A stretch of 51,545 nt of DNA, the filler included, from Sphacelaria rigidula (lineage: Eukaryota): NCBI GenBank assembly GCA_964200075.2. It is 4 parts of 4 records of this genome, joined end to end, with 100 filler letters (N's around TTAATTAATTAA, not from the genome) between each part and the next. Parts side by side here need not be neighbours in the genome. Positions count along the whole stretch, not along the records: positions 25,828 to 38,637 come from CAXNAA020003398.1; positions 38,738 to 51,545 come from CAXNAA020003399.1; 2 more parts are not named here. The stretch is one strand, 5' to 3'. Shown piece by piece: positions 25,828-39,242 of the stretch. The position numbers were made by a program, and so were the translations under genes. Each line of letters starts with the position of its first letter. The stretch's first letter is position 1. The notes under the pieces were generated by a model. That model had not been told where the DNA came from. It saw only the letters and a program-made list of their open reading frames with translations, and ran no database searches.

Positions 25828-27379
25828 TGTAAACCAAATGGACGCGGCGCAATTACTACCTGCTCAATGTGGATATCACATGTGACCCGATGGGTTTTCA
25901 CGCCGCACCTCACATGTTATAACACCCGCCACCGAGATGGCAATATCTCGACGCACACGGCAGCTACCGACACAAATCGAATTGCTCTGTGTAGAAAAAA
26001 CACGTACCTATCAGTCCTCCACTTCTTGGCAGCCAATACCCTTGTCACAAAATTGGAAGTTGGGGTGAAGTGAAGACTGTTTTAACACTCAATTGACGTC
26101 TACCAGGGCTTGAGCGACGGCTGGTATCCAGTAGTACCTGCCTGTAGAGTTTCGGCTTCGTGACGTCCGTCAGCGGTGAGTAATCTTATGATGCGTGAAG
26201 GACGGATATGTTGGAAAATGACTTTATCGCTTGTACAAAAAAGCAGTACTTTTTTCAGGAATATCCATCGCTGGTTTGTGAGCTGTACCGGGTGGAATCG
26301 AGCCGGACTGGGATGAGAAGGTAGCTTCAGATACATACTACAGCCGTGTATTGCCTTTAGTTGCTACATTACCTTCTGCACACTTCTCAGACTCCGCTGC
26401 GTCTTCATTTTGGGGGTGGTGATGGGAAACGTGACACTAACCCCCGGCGTAACACTGACTGACTCCATTATACTTTCGCGCGTATAGAATGACACTACAA
26501 AACATGACAACACAGGTTACAGTACAGTGCATTCCAGTACGGTACAGTACAGGCGAACGCTACGGCTATTCAAGGGCATTCTTTCCAACTGAACAGTACT
26601 CTACTGCACTGCAGTGCTTGTCTCTACCTGGCTCACATGATTCCTACCGTTGCTGTAATCTACCGCCGCATCTGTTGAAGTGCGTACAGCAAGACTGCTG
26701 CGAGGGCTTACCCAAATAGGCCGGGGAGACGTACTGCTTGTGCCAATGCGCGCCAAGCTAATCCGCGTGGAACACGCCGAAGATATTTGCCTCTGTATAG
26801 CCACCTTATCCTCAGCGTCTTTTGCCTCTATCGTCAGGGCGAGTAGGAGCAGCCCCGCTTCAAACACGCCGTGCACATGTATGTGTGACGTGCGGGTGTT
26901 GTATGATGCACATGATTTCTCTGACCCGCATCCAGTGGCAAAAACAAACTTCTAACCAACAGGCACGGATTGAGCCGCTACCACTGTCGCGTGAAGACTG
27001 CCCGTTCATGTTATTTCATTTCGTGCGGCACGTAGCGCACCAGTGCAGTACAGAAGAAAAATACAGAAAACATCACACAAGAAAACATTCACTGCTGTTG
27101 CCGTAGCTGGGCATATTAGTGAGGCCGGCAGCCCACACCGGCGCACCATGGGCTTGGCTTTTTCCCCAGAGGAAGAGGGGTACTCGCATGTTCTGTCTTG
27201 CCCCTCAGACCTTGAAGTTATTGGGGAGGTCGACGGCGAAGGTGCGGCCACCATAGTGATGATCGTGCTGATGCTCGTGACTGTGGGTATCTACTCGTCA
27301 TGGTGGAGTACGAAAAAGCACGGGAGGCTGCTACTTTTTTTTGCGCATTGGCTCAGGTGAAGATGGGAAAAAGCTAGCC

Positions 27380-27950
27380 TTTGGGTACACTCAGAAGTAG
27401 GGCGTGTCTCAGACTTTTTCCATGAAAACAACAAATGTTGCATCGAAAGTGTCTAGTTTGACCGTTCGGCAGCACTTTTCGCGTTAATAGGCAGCGACGA
27501 AGTGGATAGCGCCCCCTAAGCATGACTTGCTGTGCTGTCTGAGAGAATTCTCGGTGCACTTGTGGGGACTTCCGGTGCACGTAGTGTGATTTTTGGTCGA
27601 CGAAGATGCATCGCACAAATCTTGCTGATGACGAAAGCGAGTGCTGTGATATCTGGGAGGATTCTGGAACATTTGGGCGATGTGTGATGCACGCAATTTG
27701 ACTCGGAGAGGAAGGGGGAAAGGCCCAGACCTCGCAGATTCACAGCGGTGAAGAAATTAGGGCCGAAGCCTATGAGAGTAGGGTGGCGCATGTACTGCAC
27801 CAAGTTGACAGGTGTCTTTAGTGGATTCGACCTACACACTGACTTAGCCAAAGCTTTCCAAACGCTCGAAGCGGTCTTGCCGAGCCTTCGGGTGATAGCC
27901 ACACGACACCGCTCGCGAGGTAAATGTTGGGTGAGGTTTCCTTCTTCCTT
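27380..27950 (-). mobile_element. piggyBac-like (DDE_Tnp_1_7) transposase remnant
   Basis: Ordered echoes across shifted frames: RPLRAFGKLWL (cf. KPxRFGxKxW), VNLVQYMRHPTLIGFGPNFFTAVNL (cf. DNFFTSVxL), QHSKSCLGGAIHF (cf. YNKxMGGVD). Confidence 0.45.
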
Positions 27951-28431
27951 AAAATTTGAAAAAAAACACAGTGACGGAAATCGCTAAGGTTTTGTATCGG
28001 CAGGATTTGGCGACATATTATGACCGCAAAAAAATCTATTTGGTTAGGACCTGGAATATAGGAGCAGAGACACCAGATAACCTGCAAGTATTGTCTAATC
28101 TTTTTTACTGAGAATTTTGTCTACCTACAAGCTGGGCCAGCTGACAGTGATTTTTTAATGTATTTTGGCGATGCTGTGGGTAATTCGAAGAGTTAGGCGC
28201 TGAAATTTTGACACAACATTTTCATCATCACTGCGCACAAAATTTCATGACGTCAATAAAAATAAAAATAAACGGGAGGTTAGAGCTGTTTGAAGTTTCT
28301 GCAAAAACTAGAAACATGCTGTAGCTCAGTGAAGAAAAAAATACGGATGCACCCCCAGAAATGTTGTGTGTAGTGTGTGGCAAACATTCAGCGCCTAAAT
28401 CTCGAATAACCCACAGCATCCAAGGTTTTTG

Positions 28432-28512
28432 TGGCACCCGGTGGTCAAACTGGAAGAACTGCCTCTCATTACAGAGGTCACGAGTTCGAATCCCGACACG
28501 ACCGTTCTGTTT
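28432..28512 (+). repeat. tRNA-derived SINE head fragment
   Basis: A-box-like GGTGGTCAAACTGG and B box GAGTTCGAATCCC, but no complete cloverleaf. A similar head lies in reverse at 32362-32430. Confidence 0.5.
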
Positions 28513-31500
28513 TTGCTCATAACCTGGCATAGCGCCTTGCATCTGGGGCGGTGTATAGCGCGGTTTGAGGTAGTACTTCTGCCTCTTATGGTGGTTAATG
28601 ACCGTCTGCTGGAAGGTTCTCTCCAATGTTGGAGCTGTTGACAACCTTGATGCCATCTTGCAGCACGACTCGTACCGGTATGCTTTTGCCTACGATGTCG
28701 AGTCAACGCGGGCCTGTGCGGCCCAATTCTGTACCGTAATTCCACCGCATTTCGTGAAACGAAAAGTCATCAGACACGCTATCACGCAACGACACGAGAA
28801 GCTCCCGGTACTCAATGCAGTACAATAATATCATCGCCAAAACTTCGCCAATCGACCAGCGGCGGTGCCTGCATCACCAGGTTGGCCTGCATCTCACAGT
28901 GATATGCTCGAGTCGAGCTGATTTGGTGAGCTTGACGAGTTATGGTTGCAGATGCGAATGCGGGATATGCTGCTGGCCCAGCTCGTAGTGGAAAGTGATT
29001 TTGTCCATATTATCGCGATATCGCGGACATATTAGTGGCTACGCCATCGAGTACCAGGGGAGAGCGCATCTCGAGCCAAAACTCTCCCCCCGGGATGGTG
29101 AGGGTGTCGATATACTTCGAGTACACAGGGATTCAAGCAGCACCGACTGCTAAATCAGAAAGTAGAAGGCAGCTCAGTTATCGAGAGGGAAGTCGATCAA
29201 ACAGAGATATGTAGATGTCTTTATTATCACGTTGAATACCACCGCCGTAAGAGAGGGAAAACACACACACATAGTGATCACAGAGAGGCGAGGGTTCGGG
29301 CGTGCACGCCCATCAGCTCCTCCGTAAGCTATGACGAATGTCCCTTATTCCGAGAAAGCACAGCACACTTTACGACAACTCTACGTTTGTTCCTTGTTAA
29401 TTTGAGAAGGAGAATGAGATCAATCCGTACAGTACCGCTTCGCATCGGCTATCCCGCCGCATTTTGAACCAACGATCTCGGAACAGTAAACTGGATCTTA
29501 CGCTCTTGCATCTTACGCTGTTCCCCATGGGTTAAATTACCACATGATCAACAGAGGGGACCTTGCTGCCAGCCCCGCCGGAGGTAGAAAGAAATGACAA
29601 TTTGGTCTCACTCCTCTTCAAAACCAGCCCCAGGAAGCTTGAGAAACAGTCTTGCGGCAACCACGTGAAGAAATTTGAGCGAGGACGAGAAACGATACAA
29701 AACCAAGTCACCAATGATGAAACTCGACCAGCACAAAGAGAAAAGACACACACCCACATAGCACACAAAGAACCATGGCAAAGCTTTGGCAAACGTTGAG
29801 GGACCGGTGGGACCAATACATGTATACGCGATTCAGGGTAATTATTTCGTTTCGTGCGATGCTGAGGAGTATACACAGTACGGACCTGACCGCGGAGAGA
29901 ATCTTGACTGTTTGTAGACGCACCAAGACGCAGCACACACGTCTCAACCACGACTTTCAATGAACTGGTGAGAACCTCGTAACGTTTTTTTCCCGAACTT
30001 GATTCCACGAAGCAGTTGAAACTCTCAGTCTTCTGTACTTGACTGTTTCGGAGTGTAAGGGTCCATATAGGTTCTTGTCTGTACGTCCACCGTTAGTCAA
30101 AAGAGTCGTGAGAACCTGGCCCTCATGGAGCTGCAGAGATCGTTCATGACGGAACTGCAAAGCTGTGTTGTGCTGTACTGTGCTGTGCACCGCTCACACC
30201 CTATATATGGACATGTCATTATCCAATGGATAATGAACTATACATCGTACTCACAGTCGATAAGGGCAAAAGGCCGACATATCGGCTGCACTTATTGATA
30301 CGATACGATACATCGCATTGGCCCGACATGTTGGGGCATATCGGTAAAGGTACACAACCCCAGAAATCGCCCAAGTGTACCGGAATCCTCGCAGATAGCG
30401 CAGCAAATCATTCCGCGGTCACATCTTCCGCCTCGTGATATTTCGACGCGGAAAACTTCACCGGAGTGCAAACTAGACGCTCTCGGTCGAAATACCCTTG
30501 CGTTCCCGTACAATATGGTCTCAGCAACAATATTTTCATCGCAAATAGAAGGCGAAAACAAGCGCGTGCGATTGAACTGCTGCCCTGAACGGCAACTCAA
30601 CTGCTTTCGATTGTTCGAGACCCCGGAAACCCAACACTTCGTCTACATCGAAACGTTTGACGGTTTTATCCCAAATGAGACGAAAGAAGGTTTCATGGTC
30701 GTCTGTGTGTGCCACAGTGGTCTGAGATACGACCGAGACACAGCCATTAACCAGATCTTCCAAAGCATTCAGCATCGCTTACCGACACGTGCAACAGAAT
30801 TCGCACACATCGACGGATAGCCTGGCCGTGATTCCATCGGGGCACGGTGAGTAAGTATAAACAGTACGTGCGTACAAGCAGCCGCGCCCCGGTGGTCTCA
30901 CGGTATAACTAATGCTGTTAGGTCGGCAGAACGAGGTTTCGATTCCCGACAGAGTTTCGCCGAACAGTACGGTAGTAGTAGCACGAATCCGCAACCTGCA
31001 CGCCGAGCATTTTGCGGACGACGAAATGTTTGGGCTCCACGGCACAGCTATATTCCCTCCTGGCATCTTGCCTGTCACCGACGATGTGTGTTGGGATATT
31101 GTTTTCCGCAGCAATGATCGTGTCCGTGATCGCAATACCTACCGCTGCCGTCATGTGCTGGCCACCCAAGCCGACATGGTCTTGGTGGACCGCTAATGCA
31201 CGCTTCTCATCGATGGTCATCTATGCCCACCGACAGATACGCGCATGGAATTCTCGGACAAAAACATAGTGCGGCAGATATGAGTTCTCGCGTGAATCAA
31301 CGGCAGCAACAGGCAGCCGTTACACGATAAATGATATTCATGCCGCCTACTGCCTGCGCTGCCACCGCTGGACTCTCGGGGTAGGAGGGTGCACTAGAAC
31401 AAATTATGGCTGTGCCCATTGGTTGTTGCGTGGCGGTGCAGCCCTTCCTCGAGCTGGTACATGTGTGTTTTTCGGGCCTGCTGTTTGCGTGAGCGTGACT

Positions 31501-32109
31501 TGACACGCCCCTCCGGCGCCCGAGTTGGGACCAGTGTTGGTGCCAGTGCTGTTGAGACTAAGGTCTGTACTGGAGTGAAAGGGCTGATGGGGAAACGAGT
31601 GTGATTTTAACCATGTTTCAGCGTCCAATTACGCACAGTTTCATCATACCTTTGGCACGCGTTTGCCTCGCTTATTTTTTATCCACGGACACTTCAGTTT
31701 GGCTGCCCGAGCTTGGCCAGTTTGTCATTTGCACATGTGGTCGATTCAGTCTCCGCGAAATGAATATATAGAAGTGTATGTACTTAGTACACCGTTGTAT
31801 CCATTCAATTTGTGCGCATTGGTTGCAAAATGGTGAAACCGGCGTAGCCGTAGCCGGCGGCCTACCGTCGACGGGAGCCTGAGGCATCGTTGGCAGTCTT
31901 CGAGGAGCCTCGCGGGAAAGCGCTACCCGCGTAAGGACCGCTGTAGGTCGTTTTGCGGCACTATATGTTATGTTTCTCGTTAGATACGTCTTTTATCGTG
32001 TGCAATAGAGGTACACTGCTCTACACTGTGACTTTACTACTGGTACTGTACAGCATCACAGTACCCGAGCATTCCCAGATATTGCATGCGTGGAGCGTAG
32101 ACCCCAATT

Positions 32110-34405
32110 TCACCACACTGCTGCATCAGATGCATTGTTGTTGTGATCGAATGGTTGACTAGACCTGTACACCAGCAGCCTGTCACGTGTATCCCGCACG
32201 TACTTTGCTACGACCTGGGCCGGGTTACAGCCTGAGTAAGATTCCATCAAACATATCTCAAGAAAATCGGCGAGATATAGCCAGGTAAACCTATCCTGTG
32301 ATCGGGAGATCGCCATGGGTATGTTGCAAATAATCACAACAAATTATCCGGAGGAAATTGACATCCGGCGGGAATCGAACCGGTGTTCTCTCCATCTTGA
32401 TGTTAACATTCTGACCGTTGGACCACCGGATCACGGCGGCTGATATGCCTTCACGAAACGACGATACGCGGCGCTATGTTTCGAATTTCGAAGCAAGCTT
32501 TTGACACCAGAGAAGCAACACACAGGCTTACCCTTCTCCCGGGACCAACTCGACTTCACGTTTTCGTCAACCACTGTATGGGACCTGGAGATAGCCCGGA
32601 ATCGTTCCATCGCCCGGAGTTGGGGGTCAAGAACAACATAATAATTTGATTGCGGGGACAGGGTAGGCCAACGTGTTCCTTCTCTTGTGCCAAACGTTTG
32701 CAACTATTCTACATGTGACTGACGCAACGCCGCGTTTACACAAAATAGTACAGACTGGGCTCGGCGAGAAGCACCAGAGACCTTCTACTGGTTCACCAAC
32801 TGTCGTTGCTGAGAAATGGAACCTGAGACATGGTAAACGCGCAACGAGAATTCGGAGATGGCCAAGTGAAAGTTTAAAGATACACACTTTTTTTCACGAT
32901 TTGCAAATATTGACTCGAGAGAAAACCCGGATCTATGTCCCCGAATAGTCGCTTTTCGTTGGAAGTGTGTTGCTCAGTTCACACCAGCCCAGGCTCATCA
33001 GTAGCTTCTGGTAGGCTTTGGGATTATCCTCGAGCAATGTTCAACGTCTATGGTAGATACTTCAGCAGAGGCACAAACAAACGCATCTACACTAAATCCC
33101 GTGCAGCATCTGTGAATTTTAATCGCATGGCAAAATCGCGTCGTGTGCAACTCATCAAAGGCTGACCGCTTGCTCTCAACGAATACTCCAGATTTGTATC
33201 GAGGAGGAAGCGAAAGGTGTCGGATGCGTAGGTACCCACACGAACTCGTTCAGCTCTCGACGCAGAATATAGAGACATGCGTTACTCAAGAATAAGCTTT
33301 CATCAACTTTCTCGGTAGTCATCAGCTCTTCAACACTAGGTAGTACATCGCGTACTACCGTCTGATCCCTGTTCACTCTACCCTTCATTGCGCGTATCTA
33401 ATTTGATATGTTGGCCTCAGTTGACGTGAATCACACCCACCCTTGTAAATGGCATTGCTACGGTTACCGATGTTTCGACTGAAAACGTCAAACACTTGAG
33501 GATCCTCCTCTGGCGACCCCGGGAGGTTACATGCGTCTAGCCTCAACACATCGGGCTTGACGCTTCTGAAGCGCAGACGATGGATTAATTCTGATATTTT
33601 TTCCGTACGCCTAAATACCATAATTCATTCTAAAACTTCCATGTTCGTGCCCAACTCAGCTCTCTCCGAAGGTTCTGAGAATATTGAGTCAACAGCCAAC
33701 ACGAGTTGTGCGTTTCTCCTCATCGAGTCAGCATATTCTTGCAGAATATGAGGGCGACCAGGCGCGAATCAGGCACGAGCAAAAATCAATCCCTGATATA
33801 GCACAGTGCTCCCCAATAATCCAGATGCTCGCTCTTGCGAGCACCGTGCGGTACTTTGAAATGCTAAGCTGCCCGCACGACCGAAATGCATCTGCCGCGA
33901 CCTCCGGGAGGCTTGGGGGTGGTAGGGATGCTCCGCTTGTGTAGTATGTTTCGCAGCAGGTGACGATACTCGTGAAGGAAGTACAGAGGGTGGCCCCTGA
34001 TGAGACCGGTAGATGTCAGCAAAGACAACGGTCGGCCGCATGAGGCCATTGGCTCAGAATGGGTTTGAGTTCATCGCAAGGCTGGATTAGCTATAACACG
34101 AGCACAAACAAGGCCGAGTCTGCCTTAGAGCAGCAGGCTGGCGATTACTTCCTGCATGTTGAAAACAACAGTATGCGCCCAGCAAAAACGCCCATGGTGG
34201 CAAGATATGCCCAGTACCGCTGCTGGATCGTTTCCCAAATGAATAGCACTACCCAAGAGAACTGAATGTTCGTGCCGTGTTGCCTAATCACACGCGTATT
34301 ATCTGTATAATATTGGATACCCTCGGACAATGTGCTGCCTACCCTTGGGCGTTTAAATAAACCGTTCAAGCATAAATGCCCCCGGTAAATAACGAAAATA
34401 ACCAA
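32110..34405 (-). pseudogene. Long intron-less decayed reading frame; candidate CxC/KDZ-type transposase
   Basis: Chain of minus-strand ORF fragments with ordered motif echoes: YRGHLCLNGLF...WETIQQRY, then CGRP/TVVFAD, WPTL, GLSPG, APRIVV, DRFTW...CLMESYSGCNPAQVV. A SINE head interrupts at 32362-32430. Confidence 0.35.
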
Positions 34406-37400
34406 GCGTTATTCATTACTTTGCTCTTTACATGAAGAACTCTCGAAGTACACTGTCATTTGAAGCATCTGTATCCACTCCTGTGCTAAACAAGAAGCTG
34501 TAGAGTAGTCGTGACAAACCCGTGAATGCAACCGGACGTGAACAAAGAGAGGTTGTGCTTACAAATTGTGGCCAAACAATATCTTGACCGCTCAAGAAAA
34601 CGGAATTTCACGCGGGAAGGAAATTGAGGCAACCACAATATGGTGGGGGTAAGCACGTGCACTCAAAACCAGGACACCAACTATTTCAGTAGCAAAACCG
34701 AGAGCTTTGCGTTGCGATGAAGCTGAGGCCTTGATGAACACGATACTATCGCCGACGAAAAGCAAGATCAGCTTGTAGTGGACAACGCTGAGAAGACGTG
34801 CCCATATCTGCAGCGTTTAGAGTTTATTTTCCTGCTGATAATGGCAGAAAATGAGCACCTAAGACACCTTTGCTGTGTAGGACTCGCCACTTATTCAATT
34901 CAGACTCGCGGTCATATGTCGGTAGTTCTTCCTGTAGTAGACAAACTGGTACGTGTGCAGTCCATCGGACGCACGTTTTGAATAGTACGACTACAGACAA
35001 TAGATGGGGATGTCAGTGCGTCACTGTACAATGACAAAGTGTATACTTTGACGGGTATCCGGTTGTGAGCGCTACGGCCTAAACCATTTAACCGTCAGCG
35101 TTGTCTCGGAACAGCTGTCCCGGCTAACAGCGCAGGGCTATCCCGCGGTCTCTAACGGCGATTGTAGTTTTCGAAAGAGGGGCGGTTTGGACTTCCAAAT
35201 CACCCGGAGAATTTCCGAAGTCAACAATGGGTGATTCTAGGAAATCTTCAGAAAGATGGCAAATGTCAAACGTCGCTCGAAACCGGGAACGAATGGAGCT
35301 CTGACCAAATAAAAGCAGCGGAACGATAAGCTGTGTTCTGTTACCGACTTCCTCACATACATACTGCCTACTGGCGGCAAAGGCATATACCATCGTTTCT
35401 GTTTGATAACGTTTGGAAACACTCATGCGCCCTTCATTAGCGCCACGAGGGGTACGCTCAGCACATCATGGCCAGAAGCGCACACGCCCAAACTTTGCAC
35501 GAGCCTTGTCAAGTGAGGAGCGATGATGATGCTCCTTTTTTTTTCTTTTCCCGGCTTACGTTTGAGCCCTCCCCTTTGTCGAGGCGAGTCCGCAGTCTCC
35601 AGACATGAGCTGTTTCTACCTCGATACATGGCTAACATCTTGGTATCACAGATTGGATCGGCAATCCCGCATGCCGACGACTTTCGTCAATTTCTCTCTA
35701 CCACTCACGCGCTCACGTGTCGACGACGGGAATCAGATAGTCTTGAAGGAGAACATGGCACACATGAAATTGCATCGGCTGGAAATCAAACCCCGTACTC
35801 CACGGTAATCGAGTCAAGATGTATATATCAGATCATACATGGGAATGTGGGAATGAGATCGCAGGTGGATATCACACGTGGACGTGGACATTGCAAAAGG
35901 ATATATAAGGTGGATATTTTGAACAAATGTGATTGGGTAATGCAGGTGGATATTCCAGATCCATGTTTATGACTCAAATGGATACTTCAGATGAATGTTA
36001 TGCCCCATATGTGTGTTCCACATGGATACCCGTATCCCAAATGGATGGATGGATGGATGAGCTGATTGATTGTTGCACACTTATCGGTCCCCGAGGAGTC
36101 AGGTCGACAGTGGTCAAAAGGTAGAGATACCCGAGGAAAATTACTGAGACGCTGAGCCTATTGACCTCGACGTTGAAGGCGTTGAATCAGCATGCACCAC
36201 AACACGGAGGCCCCTAGAGCAACGACGCGCGGCGCTATCCTTCGTGTGTAGTGCTGTGATGGTCTTGCCCTTCCACTCCTTCCCCCCCTCGCTGGACGTT
36301 TATGTAGTAGCAATGGTGCTGTGGAAGAAACGCGGTATCTCCATAGGCTCCCATATTAATCCAAACCCGAGGAGTTCAGCAGGCAGCACATCAGGTGGCA
36401 TGTCTAAGCCGAGAGTCACAGCTGTCAGCACTCCTTCCGTGTCATCAAGAGTTAATCGAATAGCTTGTCGTTGAAGTCAACCTACGAGGGACTACAAATG
36501 GTCTCCAATTTCAGAAGTATCGTAAAATGCGGCGTTCCCGAAAGCTCATTTTCAATGTTTGATCGGAGCGTGCAGACTGAAACAACCGTCTTAGAGGCCA
36601 AGAACTCGCAACATTAGGAATAGTTTTTCCCACGGAAAAATGATGGAATCGTACACTTGGCAACGCTCTCGTTGCATGCGCGCTAGCGGGAATAACGTTT
36701 ATACCGAGTGAGGGGGTGAATCGTACGTGACGTTTGGGACATCCTAGTCAGTTGTCTTACACACTCCACAAGTATTCCACGGAATGATGGCCCGATGAAA
36801 AATTGCCAAGGATTCTCTCCTAAATGTCTTGACGATTCCAGTATAAGTACATGGAATTTCATAGGGCAGACTTCCAGACTCAGAGGTTCCAACTAGGAGG
36901 CACAGCTAGGGTTAGGTCGTTCTACGGCATAACTTTAGCCCACAGCAACTCCCACTCTCTCGGCGCCAATACTAAGTAGTCTGAGGTGGGGACGAAAGGA
37001 AGGTATGCGGAAGTCGTCGGGCTCTACTATGCTGAATCAGGTGCTTTGTTTTCCATCACAATGGAAAAACGCTTCGCTTTTCGCACTACAAATCATGAAA
37101 TGAAATGACTTGATCTTGACCCCATCATCAGTACAAATTAAAAAGCAACTCGCGCTCACTCCCGATATCGTGTGTCTTATATTCCTGCTTCGCGCGCATA
37201 GTGGGTTCGTGTACCAGGTTGTTACAGTCGCGATGGTTTCCATGGTCGGAGGCTGCTGGGTTAAGTCGAGGGACATAACCATCATCAAGATCTTCATTTT
37301 CATTCTGCTGACAGCTTCCAATATGCTGGCTGTGACAAACCTGGCCATCTGCATTAATCTTGCCCTTATAATCAAGGTAACGTACTGCAGTATATGAGCA

Positions 37401-38525
37401 ACAGTAGTGTTGGTGATGGACATTATACTCGAATAATAGGGTATTACAGTACATTGACAACAAAAGTGTTAGTAGTGGTACCACAAGATCATTGAACGCA
37501 CTCCTCTTATCCTGTTTTGAACTAAAGCCGCCTTGTGAATCGGTCGATGTTTTGAGAGCCCGAAGTACTCACGAGCCCCCTCTCGAAGGTTTGGGTTCGT
37601 CGTGTCCTTCGGTTCTACTTTTGGTTGATGCTGATGTTCTGGTGGCGCTGGCGGTTACTGCACACGTGAAGGACAACGTTGTTCCCACATCCCCGCTTAA
37701 ACCTCAACGCTCGTTGCGTATGCGCCTTCCGACTTTACATCGACGTAAAATGCGGTGGATGCGGTCATGTATTCTCTTCCCATGTGGGTTTCTCGACATC
37801 GACGGTGTTGAGATCTGTTGAGACCTGGAGATTGATGTAATGTAGACGTCAGCGGGGCCGCCGCAGCTGTGATGTACACCGTCGTTGAAACACGATCATT
37901 TTTCTTGTGCGCTCCCACCGGACCTTGCCGTGGATCACTCTGCACGTCGTGACACCACTCGCAGCGGCGGATGCCCGAAAGGAAGTTTCGTGTGGAAAAA
38001 GCACCATATCGGAACGCTGATAATCAAATTTGTATTGTTTGCGACTGGAGTGTCAAACCGGTTTTTACAGTCGGAGTGATCTCTCATTGAACTTCGGAGC
38101 TCGTCCCGGGTGTTGGTGTACGAACGTCTTCAAAACATCGCGATCGTTTGAATGCAAACGAGGGAAAACAGAAACGCACTCAACATAGCCCGAACCGAAA
38201 TGGGTTCTACTACTGATCACTCTTAGAGCCAAGATACGATGAGAGTAAACAGAAGCGAAATGGGTGCTACTATGATTAGGTAGATTGAATGCCATTCCTA
38301 CTCCCAAGGTTGCCAAGTATACGCACTTCTGCATACGACTGTCATCACCACCAACCTGGCGTTCCGCTTCGAAACCGTTCATTTTTTCAAGTTCTAATTC
38401 TGAACTCGCATGCCAGTTATGTTGTACGTAGGGTTTCCGAGTTCCCAAACTCTACTCTGAACATCTAGGGGGCGCGTGACTATGCGATATGACTCCCCGT
38501 CTGAAACCATGTGCCCCGCCGTTCC

Positions 38526-38526
<1 letters not shown>

Positions 38527-38574
<48 letters not shown>

Positions 38575-38608
38575 CGCTTTCTCCCCCCCCCCCCCCCCCC
38601 CCCCCCCC
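38527..38608. repeat. (CT)n microsatellite followed by poly-C at contig end
   Basis: Directly visible. Confidence 0.95.
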
Positions 38609-38637
38609 TCCCAAAACAAAAAAGACAACACAAATTC

Positions 38638-38737
38638 NNNNNNNNNNNNNNNNNNNNNNNNNNNNNNNNNNNNNNNNNNNNTTAATTAATTAANNNNNNN
38701 NNNNNNNNNNNNNNNNNNNNNNNNNNNNNNNNNNNNN
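38638..38737. other. Artificial contig linker N44-TTAATTAATTAA-N44
   Basis: As at 12816. Confidence 0.99.
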
Positions 38738-39029
38738 CATGCAACTCGCCGAGCACACCACGGCGCTTCGCGCTTGGTAATCGAGTGCGAGCCTCTCCCA
38801 GCGAGAACCCGGCGTGCTCCGTTCCGGCTTTGTAGGGATGCGAGATCAATGGTCTCACGACTATGGCATGCAAGATCATGAGTACCTTCCCCCCTGATGG
38901 GAAGAAGTAAGTGAGGAAGAAACGCTCCGACGCAAGTAGACATATAAGAACACCTGAAGATATACGGAGGGTTGAGAGAAGAGATAGTGCAAACATATCT
39001 GCACGGCCCACTGGACGCGGGCGAAATTC

Positions 39030-39242
39030 TCGCGATTTCGGCTTTGGCATCCGTATCTGCCAAAAAGAAGAAAGCTATATACCAGTTGTCTAGAGGAGAA
39101 GAAAGTAGACGCACAGAATTGGCGCTGTAGTTATTTTTTTCGCGATTTCGGGTTTGGGATCTGGACCTGCCAGGAAGAAGAAATAGATATACCAGTTGTC
39201 GAGAGGAGGAGAAAGTAGACGCACATGATTGCCGCTATAGTT
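39030..39242. repeat. Diverged tandem duplication, 110-bp period
   Basis: TCGCGATTTCGG...ATATACCAGTTGTC.AGAGGAG.AGAAAGTAGACGCACA at 39030 and 39140. Confidence 0.9.

Noticed and set aside
28432..28512. tRNA gene (also 11655-11728 and 32362-32430)
   Set aside because: A and B boxes are present but there are no consistent acceptor or anticodon stems; they match SINE heads
30200..30410. PHD finger (CCAICEDSGTL...C)
   Set aside because: Only part of the ligand pattern is present and it is interrupted by stops; not enough support
33170..34050. Mononegavirales L-protein fragment (IRGHP, PHILQEY, PTHPTP)
   Set aside because: No GDN or other polymerase core motif found in the upstream frames translated; the KDZ-like reading explains more motifs in order
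12816..38737. TTAATTAATTAA motifs recurring every ~12.9 kb, and ORFs running through the N blocks
   Set aside because: Artificial concatenation linkers between size-sorted contigs; no synteny across them can be inferred
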